The notes under the pieces are model-generated. The model saw only the letters and a list, made by a program, of their open reading frames with translations, was not told the origin of the DNA and did no database searches. Both the position numbers and the translations under genes were made by a program. From an uncultured Gammaproteobacteria bacterium (GTDB taxonomy: Bacteria > Patescibacteriota > Patescibacteriia > Veblenbacterales > UBA10138), in the NCBI GenBank assembly GCA_964453605.1, contig CAYVOI010000001.1, positions 166,276 through 230,275 of the forward strand: 64,000 bases of DNA, written 5' to 3'. Below are positions 19,783 to 28,964 of this stretch, piece after piece (within the stretch, counting starts at the first letter, position 1; every line of letters starts with the position of its first letter).

Positions 19783-22530
19783 ATGGCAACTTCGGCCAAA
19801 CTCGTAGTGTTTGATGGTAACGCGTTGCTGCACCGGGCCTACCATGCCCTGCCGCCCCTCACTACCAAAGACGGCGTTCTGGTGAACGCGGCCTATGGGT
19901 TCACGACCATTTTTTTGCGCGTGCTCAAAGAGCTTAGGCCAACGTACGTGGCTGTTACCTTCGACCGCAAAGAGGCCACCTTCCGGCACCAGGCGTTTAA
20001 GGAGTACAAAGCTCAGCGCATAAAAAAACCCCAGGAGCTCTACGACCAGATTCCTATTATTAAAGACATACTCAAAGCTTTTAACCTGCCAACCTATGAG
20101 GCAGTCGGGTTCGAGGCTGATGACGTTATTGGGTCCATAGCTGCGCGAGCGGGGGAACTTAAGCCCCCACTGGAAACCGTTATAGTAACTGGCGATCTCG
20201 ACACGCTGCAACTGATAGACGACCATACCAGCGTGTACACTTTAAGGAAGGGCTTGGGCGAAACAGTTACCTACGATGTGGCGGCGGTGGAGGAGCGCTA
20301 CGGCCTAAAACCTGAACAGCTTATAGATTTTAAGGCGCTCCGCGGGGACCCGTCGGACAACGTGCCAGGGGTTAGGGGAATTGGCGAGAAAACCGCCCTC
20401 GAGCTCTTGAAGCACTACGGTAGTCTAGAAGCTATCTACCAACAGCTTAAGGCCGGTAAGCTCACTAAAGCTTCACCCAAGGTAGTTGAGCTTCTCAAGG
20501 CTTCAGCAGCCGAGGCGGAACTTTCCAAGAAGCTCGTCACTATTGTGCGGGATGTGGATTTTAAGTTTTCGCTGGAGGATTGCCGTCTTAAGGGTTTTGC
20601 GACTGACAAGCTGGTGGAGCTGTTTCAGCGTTTGGAGTTTAAATCCCTGCTTCCTAAAATTCCCGAGCTTCAGGCTAAGCTCAACTTGACGCCACTCGCG
20701 AGTGCATCAGCTAAGCCAGCTGCACCTTTGGGTACGTACCACCTGGTGCAAGAGTCGGCTGAGCTTGCCACGTTAGTAGAGGCAGTTAGGGGCGCCGCGG
20801 AGTTAGCAGTTGATACCGAAACCACCTCCGTAAACCCTTGGGGTGGCCGCTTGGTTGGGGTGAGTGTCAGCCTAAAGCGCGGTGAAGGCTACTTTGTGGC
20901 GGCCACTCCGGTGCTCCTGAAAACTAAAGAGTGGAAAGCGTTTATGGCCGTGCTCGCGAACTCTCGCGTGAGCAAAACCGCCCACAACGCCAAGTACGAC
21001 CTGGAGGTGCTGGAGCAAGCAGGCCTGCCCCTTAGCGGTTTAACTTTTGATACCCTAGTGGCCGCCTACCTTTTGCGCTCAGGCGAGCGAGGGTTGGATC
21101 TGAAATCACTAGTGTTTCAAGAGTTCGGCGTGCAGATGACGACTATTGAGTCCCTAATTGGCAGCGGGAAAGATCAGAAAACTATGGCCGAGGTGCCGCT
21201 TCCTGACGTTGCTCAGTACGCCTCGGCCGACGCAGACTTTACCCTGCGGCTTAAGGAGAAACTCGAGCCGCAGCTTAAGGCCATGGGCCTGAGTGAGTTG
21301 TTCAACGAGGTAGAAATGCCGCTGGTGCCGGTGCTAGCTCAAATGGAGGCAGCGGGGGTTAAAGTTGATGTGGCCTACCTTGCGAGTTTGGATAAGGAAT
21401 TAACTACCACCCTAGCTAAGCTGGAGAAGAAAATTCACAAGCTGGCAGGCAGCGAGTTTAACATCAACTCTCCTAAGCAGCTTAAAGAAGTGCTGTTTGA
21501 TAAGCTCAAGCTGTCACCAGAAGGCCTCCGACACACCAAGAGTGGCGTTTCTACGGCCGCCTCGGAACTAGAGAAAATGCGAGGGTTGCACCCGGTTATT
21601 GACCAGCTGTTCGAGTGGCGCGAACTTTCGAAACTGCTTTCGACTTACGTGCAGGCACTGCCAGAACTGGTGAACACCAAAACTGGTCGGGTGCACACAA
21701 GCTACAACCAAACCGTGGCTGCCACGGGCCGCCTGTCATCCTCCGACCCAAACCTGCAAAACATCCCCATACGCGGGGAGTGGGGTGGTCGCGTGCGGCG
21801 GGCGTTCGTAGCCGAGCCAGGCAACAAGCTAGTGTCGGCTGACTACTCGCAGATCGAGCTCCGCATAGCCGCTCACCTAGCCAAGGACAAGAAAATGGTA
21901 CAGGTGTTTAAGCAGGGCCAAGACATTCACACCTCTACAGCGGCGTTTATTTTTGACGTCGCCCCTGACCAAGTTAGCCCTGACCAGCGCCGCAGCGCCA
22001 AAGAGGTGAACTTTGGCATACTCTACGGCATGGGCGCCTGGGGTTTGTCCGAGCGCACTGGCCTCTCGCGTACCGAAGCTCAGGACTTTATTGATCGCTA
22101 CTTTAAGGCCTACCCCAAAGTTGCCGAGTGGGTAGAGCAGACCAAGGCCGAGGCGCACAGCCAAGGCTACGTCACCACCATCTTAGGGCGCCGGCGCAAC
22201 TTGCCTGAGGTGAACTCTGGTATGGCGCAGGTCAGGGCAGCGGCTGAGCGTATGGCCGTAAACTTGCCTGTACAGGGCACAGCCGCTGATCTTATGAAAA
22301 TGGCCATGGTGAGCGTAGCGGCTAAGTTGCCCAGCGTTAGCAAACAGGCGCGCATGATTATGCAAGTGCACGACGAACTGGTGTTTGAAGTGCCAGCGGC
22401 TGAAGTTGAGCAGGTGGCGAGGGTCGTAAAGCATGAAATGGAGCAAGCCCTTGAACTCACCGTGCCGATTGTCGTGGAAGTGAAAGTAGGGGACAACTGG
22501 AGCGAAATGGAACCTTTGGAAATAAAGTAG
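19783..22530 (+). CDS. polA: DNA polymerase I
   Basis: DGNALLHRAYHA 5'-3' exonuclease, DTETT 3'-5' exonuclease, DYSQIELR, KEVNFGILYG, QVHDEL. Confidence 0.98.
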   Translation: MATSAKLVVFDGNALLHRAYHALPPLTTKDGVLVNAAYGFTTIFLRVLKELRPTYVAVTFDRKEATFRHQAFKEYKAQRIKKPQELYDQIPIIKDILKAFNLPTYEAVGFEADDVIGSIAARAGELKPPLETVIVTGDLDTLQLIDDHTSVYTLRKGLGETVTYDVAAVEERYGLKPEQLIDFKALRGDPSDNVPGVRGIGEKTALELLKHYGSLEAIYQQLKAGKLTKASPKVVELLKASAAEAELSKKLVTIVRDVDFKFSLEDCRLKGFATDKLVELFQRLEFKSLLPKIPELQAKLNLTPLASASAKPAAPLGTYHLVQESAELATLVEAVRGAAELAVDTETTSVNPWGGRLVGVSVSLKRGEGYFVAATPVLLKTKEWKAFMAVLANSRVSKTAHNAKYDLEVLEQAGLPLSGLTFDTLVAAYLLRSGERGLDLKSLVFQEFGVQMTTIESLIGSGKDQKTMAEVPLPDVAQYASADADFTLRLKEKLEPQLKAMGLSELFNEVEMPLVPVLAQMEAAGVKVDVAYLASLDKELTTTLAKLEKKIHKLAGSEFNINSPKQLKEVLFDKLKLSPEGLRHTKSGVSTAASELEKMRGLHPVIDQLFEWRELSKLLSTYVQALPELVNTKTGRVHTSYNQTVAATGRLSSSDPNLQNIPIRGEWGGRVRRAFVAEPGNKLVSADYSQIELRIAAHLAKDKKMVQVFKQGQDIHTSTAAFIFDVAPDQVSPDQRRSAKEVNFGILYGMGAWGLSERTGLSRTEAQDFIDRYFKAYPKVAEWVEQTKAEAHSQGYVTTILGRRRNLPEVNSGMAQVRAAAERMAVNLPVQGTAADLMKMAMVSVAAKLPSVSKQARMIMQVHDELVFEVPAAEVEQVARVVKHEMEQALELTVPIVVEVKVGDNWSEMEPLEIK

Positions 22531-22533
22531 CCT

Positions 22534-23577
22534 ATGCCTCGCCGTGCCGCTGCTGTAAAAAAGGAAAAGCCACTCGCTGCTAAAGTCTCGGCCGTGCAGC
22601 TGTGGTACGGGGAGAACCAGTCACTCCTCAGCTTAGAGGTGGCCAGGTGGCGCGACGAGTTTGCCAAGCGCCACCCACAGGCAGTAATTACCCGTTTAGA
22701 GTATAAGCCCAGTGAGGCTACAGAATTTTCTGGCAAGTTGCACCAGGCTGCCTACGGCGGTGGGCTGTTTGTGGATAAGCGGTTAGTAATAGTGTACAAC
22801 GTGCTTAAGGCTGAGGCTAAGGGTGAAGTGGCAGAGCTAGTGAAGCAGCTTACACACGAAGCGCCCGAGGGGTTGTTTCTACTCTTGGTTGAAACTGATA
22901 AAGTTGCCTGGTCCAAACCTCTGGCCGCGGCGATAAAAAAGTCGGAGCAGGTAACCTTGCGAGAGTTTAGCAATTTGCCACCAGCTGAACTGGAGCGTTG
23001 GATAGTGGCACGCGCCAAAGCCGAAGGTGGCAATGTGTCACCAGCAGTAGCACGGCTCCTCGCTGCTCTCACCGGTAATGACTTTTTAAAGCTCACCCAA
23101 GAAATTGCCAAACTCACCGCCTACCGCGGGGCAGCCGAGGTCAGGGCAGCTGACCTTGACCTGCTAGTCACCTCAACGTTGCAGGACGACGTGTTTGTAT
23201 TTGTGGAGGCAGTGGGGAGGCGCGACATGAAGGCTGCCTCCGCAGCCTTAACTCGCCAGTTTGACCAGGGTACCAGCGCGCAGCAACTGGTAGGGTTGCT
23301 GGCCTGGCACCTCAGGGTGTTAACTGGTGTACGGTTGGCGCTGGATGATGCGACCGGCAAACCAACTGCCCGCGAACTCGCCGAAACGTTAGGCCTGCAC
23401 CCGTTTGTGGTTACTAAAGCGTTGCAGCAGATTCCCTACTACTCAGCTGACCGTTTGGCGTGGCTCTATGGTGAGCTGTCGAACCTCGACGTGGCCCTTA
23501 AGACCAGCCAAACTGACCCGCAGGTGTTGTTTGGGTTGTTCCTGAGTAAGCTGGCTACACTTAGTGTGGTGAGATAG
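22534..23577 (+). CDS. holA: DNA polymerase III delta subunit
   Basis: LWYGEN, GLF.DKRLVIV, EIAKL..Y, LGLHPFVV.K, LD..LKT; adjacent to rpsT. Confidence 0.88.
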   Translation: MPRRAAAVKKEKPLAAKVSAVQLWYGENQSLLSLEVARWRDEFAKRHPQAVITRLEYKPSEATEFSGKLHQAAYGGGLFVDKRLVIVYNVLKAEAKGEVAELVKQLTHEAPEGLFLLLVETDKVAWSKPLAAAIKKSEQVTLREFSNLPPAELERWIVARAKAEGGNVSPAVARLLAALTGNDFLKLTQEIAKLTAYRGAAEVRAADLDLLVTSTLQDDVFVFVEAVGRRDMKAASAALTRQFDQGTSAQQLVGLLAWHLRVLTGVRLALDDATGKPTARELAETLGLHPFVVTKALQQIPYYSADRLAWLYGELSNLDVALKTSQTDPQVLFGLFLSKLATLSVVR

Positions 23578-23582
23578 TTCTT

Positions 23583-23780
23583 GGCGGAGGTAGGGGACTC
23601 AGAGTTGCGAAGCCCGCCCCCTACCTCCGCCGCCTCCACCCCCGGCACGCCCGGGGTGCGCCGGGCGAGGCCAAACGAATTTGCTATGCACAAACTACCA
23701 CAGCACGCACAATTCTGTTGCCTCGCCTCGCCGCCCAACCTGCACATACCAAAACAAAAGCACCCCTCACCGGGGTGCTT
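23583..23780. repeat. Composite GC-rich inverted-repeat cluster between convergent holA and rpsT
   Basis: Perfect 14-bp stem ggcggaggtagggg/cccctacctccgcc, plus cccggc..gccggg, gcgaggc..gcctcgc and aagcacccc..ggggtgctt. Confidence 0.6.
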
Positions 23781-23796
23781 AATTCGTGCTAGTGAT

Positions 23797-24060
23797 TTAC
23801 TTCTTCAAAGCGTGGAGAGCTTTCATCAGGCGAGACTTCAGGCGCCCGGCAGTGTTGGCCTTGAGCACACCCTTCTGGGCAGCCTTGTCCAAGGTCTTAA
23901 TGGCAGCCTGTACAGCTGTGGAGGCTTCTTTGGTCTTGGCGGCCATAGCTTTACGGGCGGCCCGTACGGCTATTTCCACCTTGGTGCGGACACCCTGGTT
24001 GTAGGCAAAGTGTTTCTTGGTTTGTCGCCAGGCTTTGGCAGCGGCAGCTTTGTTCGGCAT
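23797..24060 (-). CDS. rpsT: 30S ribosomal protein S20
   Basis: MPNK.AA.K..RQ, LDKAAQKGVLKANTAGRLKSRL. Confidence 0.95.
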   Translation of the reverse strand: MPNKAAAAKAWRQTKKHFAYNQGVRTKVEIAVRAARKAMAAKTKEASTAVQAAIKTLDKAAQKGVLKANTAGRLKSRLMKALHALKK

Positions 24061-24116
24061 GGTCGTCAGTAATCAGTAATACAATAATTATAGTAGCCAG
24101 GTTATGGTAGCGGCTC

Positions 24117-24145
24117 TTGACTAAGCTGTCAATACGGCGTATGAT
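24117..24145 (+). promoter_or_regulatory. Sigma70-type promoter, back-to-back with the rpsT promoter
   Basis: TTGACT-17-TATGAT on +; TTGACA (24132-24127) and TACCAT on -. Confidence 0.6.
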
Positions 24146-24238
24146 TAGTTGTTACCACCTAATTTAGGTGGTACTCAACACAAATAAACCCCAAGAGCAA
24201 TGGGGATTCGTTTACAAATAAAGAAAGGAAGGTGTGCG

Positions 24239-24847
24239 ATGCCAAATCGTGAGCCTTTATCGTACCATGCTGGGCACGAGTTCCTGCTCAAGCTCGAGCA
24301 AGCCGGATTAACTACCCAGGACATGCAAGCTATTACCGAGTGCCCTGGTAATACTAAGGCGTTAAAGCTGGTCAACTACGTTCGTCGTGGATATCCTGAC
24401 ATCATCGTTCCGTCTAGCATTATTCAGGCCGAACCGTTCGACCCCGTTGCCTTCTTACGTCAAGGCTGGTCTATCGAAAGGGAAGAGCAGGACGAGCGCT
24501 CCCTGGCGCTAACCGAAGTTGACCTTAGTAAGGTCAAGCTCAAAACCTACCTTCGGAAAGGTGAAGTCAGCATCACGGGCGAAGAAAAGCTCAACCGCGC
24601 AAAAGCAAGCGGTGACATCCGCCTTGACGCCAGGTTCTTCATGGCCCTCTGGAATAACAAAAAACTTATCCCCGAAAGCTGGAAGGGTAAGACCATCTAT
24701 TTCGATGGCACCATCCTCCGGAGCCCGAGTGGGGGCCGTTGCGTCCTCTGCCTGTACTGGCTCGACGACCAGTGGGACTGGAGCTACTACTGGCTTGAGG
24801 ACGGTTGGCACGCTGACGAGCCCTCCGCTGTTCTCGCCGCCGCATAA
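24239..24847 (+). CDS. Putative DGR-type variable (CLec-like) protein, paralog of 46022
   Basis: EQDERSLALTEVDL, IRLDA, IYFDGT and C-terminal LCLYW...WDW.Y.WLE.GW....PSAVLAAA, all shared with 46022; SD aaaggaaggt. Confidence 0.8.
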   Translation: MPNREPLSYHAGHEFLLKLEQAGLTTQDMQAITECPGNTKALKLVNYVRRGYPDIIVPSSIIQAEPFDPVAFLRQGWSIEREEQDERSLALTEVDLSKVKLKTYLRKGEVSITGEEKLNRAKASGDIRLDARFFMALWNNKKLIPESWKGKTIYFDGTILRSPSGGRCVLCLYWLDDQWDWSYYWLEDGWHADEPSAVLAAA

Positions 24848-24858
24848 TGCGGGGCAGG
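24837..24858 (+). repeat. Hairpin+CAGG element supplying the stop codon
   Basis: ccgccgca-taa-tgcgggg-cagg; near-identical copy at 46653-46674. Confidence 0.75.
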
Positions 24859-24866
24859 CAAGTTAG

Positions 24867-24920
24867 TTCTTTGAACTTTGGTCTTTGGTTTTTGACCTTA
24901 GACACTGAGTGCTTAGAGCT
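24867..24920 (+). repeat. Degenerate heptamer tandem array
   Basis: ttctttg aactttg gtctttg gtttttg accttag acactgag tgctttag. Confidence 0.6.
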
Positions 24921-24993
24921 TTCGTAATGTTTTACACCCGTGTTCACCGTAGTGAGCACGGGTGTTTTATTGTCTGGTGGTAGGGCTGCAGTG

Positions 24994-25431
24994 TTACGGC
25001 CTTAAAAGACTGCTCTTGTAGCGTTCAGGGTGGAACGGTTTAAGGCGCACCAGCCTGACTTTTAGTCCGAGTTTTGTCAGGTCTTTGGTCAGTGAGTGTG
25101 TCCGTGTCATTTGGTCGTAGCCCAGGACAATAACATCAGGCTTGAGTTTGTGTACCAGGTTGTAACGATGGCTAAACTCACGCTGACCAAGCAGGCCTTG
25201 GGTAACAGATTTTACTCGGCGTATATTCCGCAGCCTGGTTCGCTCATGGTCTATAGGCCAGTGGCCTTTGAGTTTGTAGACGTTGCGGTCGCGGGCCACT
25301 ACTACTATAAGTTCCTGGCCCAAACGTTTGGCTTGGCGCAAAAACCACCGGTGCCCGGGGTGGAGTAGGTCAAAGGTGCCAAAGGCAAGGACTATGGCTG
25401 GTTTTTTACTTTTGGGTTGACGTTGTGGCAT
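24994..25431 (-). CDS. Cytidylyltransferase-family protein (FAD synthase RibL-like)
   Basis: FGTFDLLHPGH, VVVARD, PDVIVLGYDQ, YKSS. Confidence 0.88.
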   Translation of the reverse strand: MPQRQPKSKKPAIVLAFGTFDLLHPGHRWFLRQAKRLGQELIVVVARDRNVYKLKGHWPIDHERTRLRNIRRVKSVTQGLLGQREFSHRYNLVHKLKPDVIVLGYDQMTRTHSLTKDLTKLGLKVRLVRLKPFHPERYKSSLLRP

Positions 25432-25493
25432 AGCTACGGTAAGGTAAGCAAACTAAAACCAAACAACTGTACATTACCTAGCAAAGGACAACT

Positions 25494-26135
25494 ATGAAGA
25501 AAAAGCAAGTAAAACCAGCGCGCCGGTGGCTTGGCTACCGTCTTGAAATAAAGCGAGGGAAACCATACCTCTGCCTGACCCAGCTCCAGTGGGAAGGGCT
25601 TTTGAGAAAGCTGGCCTGTAAGTTGATCGACGCTGAGTATGTGCCCGATTTCATCATAGGTGTGGCTAAGGGCGCCCAATGGGCCAGTAGTTTTTCAACC
25701 CAGCTGGAGGTTGACTGGGGCCTGTGGGCAATTCGGCGCTACCGCAAGCAGCGTGGTCACGAGGCCGACAGAGCCAACAAGCAAACCGATATTGCACCCC
25801 ATATTACCACCTACAGTGATTGTTTGGAACGATTGACCAACGGGGAACAGCTCGATATCCTCCTCGTTGAGGACCTTACCGATAAAGGGGATACTTTCAA
25901 GGACGCTATCCTGTGGCTGCGCAAGAACTACGGCCAACGCTTTCAGATTAGAACAGCCTGTATCTGGCGTAAGCGATCCTCAGATTTTATGGTCGATTAC
26001 TTTGTGGACGAGATCAGCTTCGAACCATCGACTGGTAAAATGCCGTGGATACGGAAGGTGGATGAAGATACGTTTAAGCGGGTGTTCACAGGTGTGCCCA
26101 TGCGGCGCTGGAAAAAGATAAAGACGAAGAAATAG
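25494..26135 (+). CDS. Divergent type I phosphoribosyltransferase family protein
   Basis: PDFIIGVAKG, ILLVEDLTDKGDTF (PRPP-binding loop), VDYFV. Confidence 0.75.
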   Translation: MKKKQVKPARRWLGYRLEIKRGKPYLCLTQLQWEGLLRKLACKLIDAEYVPDFIIGVAKGAQWASSFSTQLEVDWGLWAIRRYRKQRGHEADRANKQTDIAPHITTYSDCLERLTNGEQLDILLVEDLTDKGDTFKDAILWLRKNYGQRFQIRTACIWRKRSSDFMVDYFVDEISFEPSTGKMPWIRKVDEDTFKRVFTGVPMRRWKKIKTKK

Positions 26136-26158
26136 GCCGTGGTATATACGGTGTAAGG

Positions 26159-28177
26159 CTACCTGGTTCTCCGGGTGGCCTTTCTTTTTTTACCCGTTAG
26201 TTTGGTAACTTCTGCTAGCTGGTCCCGCAAGGTAGCCGCGCGTTCGAACTCGAGGTTCTGAGCAGCGAGCTCCATTTGGTTGGTGAGGTCCGCTGCTATG
26301 TGCTTAAGTTCTTCTGGCGGTAACTTCCCGAGTTCCAGGTGGGTAAGGTCCAACGTTTCCTCGGCACCTTTTTTACTGCCAGCGAGCCTATCGTCGGCTA
26401 TGGCGCGAACGATAGTTTGCGGTGTTATGCTGTGTTTTTGGTTGTAGGTTTGTTGCGCTTTGCGCCGGCGTTCCACCTCAGCAATGGCGCTGCGCATGGA
26501 ACCGGTGATAGTGTCGGCGTACATAATAACGTGACCCTCGGCGTGTCTAGCAGCCCGGCCCATAGTTTGAATGAGCGAGGTGTGGGAGCGTAGGAACCCT
26601 TCCTTATCGGCATCTAGAATAGCGACTAGTGATACTTCCGGCAGGTCTAACCCTTCGCGCAGCAGGTTTATGCCTACCAACACATCGTACTTGCCGAGGC
26701 GTAAGTCGCGGAGTATTTCTAAGCGTTCCATAGTGTCGACATCAGAATGTAGGTACTGCACCTTTATACCTTCGTCCTGCAGGTAGTCAGCTAGGTCCTC
26801 GGCCATGCGCTTGGTGAGCGTGGTGATGAGCACACGCTGGTGTTTCGCAATACGCGCCTTGACCTCGTCCACCAGGTTATCCACCTGGTGCTTAGTGGGT
26901 TTTATTTCCACCGTAGGGTCCAACAGCCCGGTGGGGCGAATGAGCTGTTCTACTGTGTTTTGCGAGAGCTTGCGTTCGTACTCCGCTGGGGTGGCTGAGA
27001 CGTAGATAAGCTGCTTCAGGCGCTGGTTAAACTCGTCAAAGGTCAGGGGCCGGTTGTCGAGTGCGCCAGGCACGCGGAAGCCGTAGTCTACTAGTGTTTG
27101 CTTGCGGCTGCGGTCGCCAGCGTACATGCCCCCGACTTGCGGAATGGTCATGTGCGACTCATCAATAAACACCAGCGCGTTTTTGGGGAAGTAGTCGAGC
27201 AGGGTGTAGGGTGGCTCCCCGGGCTTGCGGCCGTCGAAGTAGCGCGAGTAGTTTTCTATGCCGTTGCAGTAGCCGGTGTTTTTCAGCATTTCTAGGTCAA
27301 AGTTAGTGCGCTCTTTGAGGCGCTGCGCCTCCAAGAGCTTACCGGCTTTGGTGAATAGGGCAATTTGCTTTTCCATGTCGCGGCGAATGTCGGTAAGCGC
27401 TCCCTCAAACCGTTCGGCTGGAGCTACGTAGTGGCTGGCTGGGTACACGTCGGCCTGGGGGAGTGTGGTCACCACATCGCCCGTTAAACTGTCGCACTCC
27501 TGCAGGTTGGTTAGTTTGTCGCCGTCGTAGCTTAGGCGCAGGTACCTGTCGAGCGAGTCGGCGGGGAAAATGTCTACGGTTTCGCCGCGCACGCGGAACG
27601 TGCCGCGGTGAAAGTCCATATCATTCCGTTGGTACTGGAGCTTAGTGAGCTCTCGCAAGAGCTTTTGTCGTGGGAAGGTTAAACCGATTTTAAGAGTGAT
27701 GCGCACTTTAGCGTACTCTTCAGGGCTACCTAAGCCGTAGATGCATGAGACTGAAGCCACAATCAGGGTGTCGGGTCTCGAAAGCACACTCTGCGTGGCA
27801 GCGTGGCGGAGCCTGTCTATTTCCTCGTTCAGTTGAGTTTCTTTTTCAATGTAGGTGTCGGAGGCGGGGATGTAGGCTTCAGGCTGGTAGTAGTCGTAGT
27901 AGCTTACAAAGTAGTGCACGGCGTTTTCGGGAAAGAAACTACGAAATTCACTGGCGAGTTGGGCGGCCAGAGTTTTGTTGTGGGAGATGACGAGTGTCGG
28001 GCGTTGCACTTTGGCGACCACAGAGGCCATGGTGAACGTCTTCCCAGAGCCAGTAACGCCAACTAGGGTTTGGTGGTGCAGGTTTTTTTCTACGCCCTCA
28101 ACTAGCTTGGCAATGGCTTGAGGTTGGTCTCCCGTAGGTTTAAATGGAGCAACGAGGCGGAACTTATTTTGTGTCAT
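26159..28177 (-). CDS. uvrB: Excinuclease ABC subunit B
   Basis: PTGDQPQAI, GVTGSGKT, HNKTLAAQL, FVSYYDYYQPEAY, DESH, LIQTMGRAAR, C-terminal UVR domain; true start MTQNKF at 28177. Confidence 0.98.
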   Translation of the reverse strand: MTQNKFRLVAPFKPTGDQPQAIAKLVEGVEKNLHHQTLVGVTGSGKTFTMASVVAKVQRPTLVISHNKTLAAQLASEFRSFFPENAVHYFVSYYDYYQPEAYIPASDTYIEKETQLNEEIDRLRHAATQSVLSRPDTLIVASVSCIYGLGSPEEYAKVRITLKIGLTFPRQKLLRELTKLQYQRNDMDFHRGTFRVRGETVDIFPADSLDRYLRLSYDGDKLTNLQECDSLTGDVVTTLPQADVYPASHYVAPAERFEGALTDIRRDMEKQIALFTKAGKLLEAQRLKERTNFDLEMLKNTGYCNGIENYSRYFDGRKPGEPPYTLLDYFPKNALVFIDESHMTIPQVGGMYAGDRSRKQTLVDYGFRVPGALDNRPLTFDEFNQRLKQLIYVSATPAEYERKLSQNTVEQLIRPTGLLDPTVEIKPTKHQVDNLVDEVKARIAKHQRVLITTLTKRMAEDLADYLQDEGIKVQYLHSDVDTMERLEILRDLRLGKYDVLVGINLLREGLDLPEVSLVAILDADKEGFLRSHTSLIQTMGRAARHAEGHVIMYADTITGSMRSAIAEVERRRKAQQTYNQKHSITPQTIVRAIADDRLAGSKKGAEETLDLTHLELGKLPPEELKHIAADLTNQMELAAQNLEFERAATLRDQLAEVTKLTGKKRKATRRTR

Positions 28178-28292
28178 AAAAGGTAGGACATGCGAGCTGA
28201 CTTGCCCCGTGGGGAACAGTCCGCCTAGTGGCGGAGAGTTCTCCTTCGGGGTCGCCCGTGGGCTTAAATGGTGCCTTGAGCTTGAACTGCAT
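28164..28292 (-). pseudogene. 42-aa leader ORF: second copy of the uvrB N-terminus interrupted by a hairpin element
   Basis: MQFKLKAPFKPTGD-[PEGELSATRRTVPHGAS]-QLACPTFYDTK*; TATACT 10 nt upstream; stop overlaps the first uvrB codons. Confidence 0.8.
28201..28251 (-). repeat. 51-nt nested hairpin+CAAG element
   Basis: Minus strand CCCCG-AAGGAGAACTC-TCCGCC-ACTA-GGCGGA-CTGTTCCCCA-CGGGG-CAAG. Confidence 0.8.
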
Positions 28293-28391
28293 AGGTTTAG
28301 GTAGTATAGACCGGTTGGCGAAGAAAAAAAATAAAGTAGCCCTCGGTCAGACTGCTTTGTCAACACGAGTTCCAAGCTCTATAATGAGGCT

Positions 28392-28961
28392 ATGATAGCT
28401 CAGGTAGCTGGCAAAGTTGTTGGTAAAACGCCGCGTTCAGTGGTAGTCCAAGCTTCTGGCGTGGGCTATGAAATTTTTTGCACCAAAGACCTGCTGACGC
28501 GGCTGCCTGACGGCAAAGAGGTAGGGCTGTTTACCTACCTGAACGTGCGGGAGGACGCGCTCGAGCTCTATGGTTTTGCCAGCCAGAACGATCTAGCTTT
28601 TTTTAAGCTGCTCCTTGGTGTTTCCGGAATTGGCCCCAAGTCAGCGCTTAACATTCTAGAAGTTGCGAAGCCCGATGACATTCGCCGGGCCGTGGTGGCG
28701 CAAGATGCTGGCAACCTCCATGCTCTGCACGGCCTGGGCAAGAAGACGGCTGAGAAGTTGGTGGTGGAACTTAAAGACAAGCTGGAGGCAATAGAGCCGG
28801 GCGGCAGTACGATGAGTGACGACCAAGCTGTGCTTGAGGCGATTGTGAACCTAGGGTACTCCACCAACGAGGCCCGGAGTGCGCTACAGGCGACCAAGGG
28901 CGTTGCTGGTGGGCTAGAGGCTAAGGTTAAAGCTGCGCTTAAAGCCCTGAGCCGGTCATAG
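28392..28961 (+). CDS. ruvA: Holliday junction DNA-binding protein RuvA
   Basis: GVGYEI, VREDALELYGF, VSGIGPKSAL, GLGKKTAEKLVVEL, LGY. Confidence 0.96.
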   Translation: MIAQVAGKVVGKTPRSVVVQASGVGYEIFCTKDLLTRLPDGKEVGLFTYLNVREDALELYGFASQNDLAFFKLLLGVSGIGPKSALNILEVAKPDDIRRAVVAQDAGNLHALHGLGKKTAEKLVVELKDKLEAIEPGGSTMSDDQAVLEAIVNLGYSTNEARSALQATKGVAGGLEAKVKAALKALSRS

Positions 28962-28964
28962 CTT

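Noticed and set aside
23581-24072. 163-aa plus-strand ORF
   Set aside because: Antisense to rpsT and runs through a palindrome cluster
28178-28375. 66-aa N-terminal extension of UvrB in the ORF track
   Set aside because: Non-homologous reading of the leader and hairpin region, crossing the promoter
17058-28961. ruvB and ruvA separated by 10 kb
   Set aside because: Split ruv genes are not unusual; both look intact
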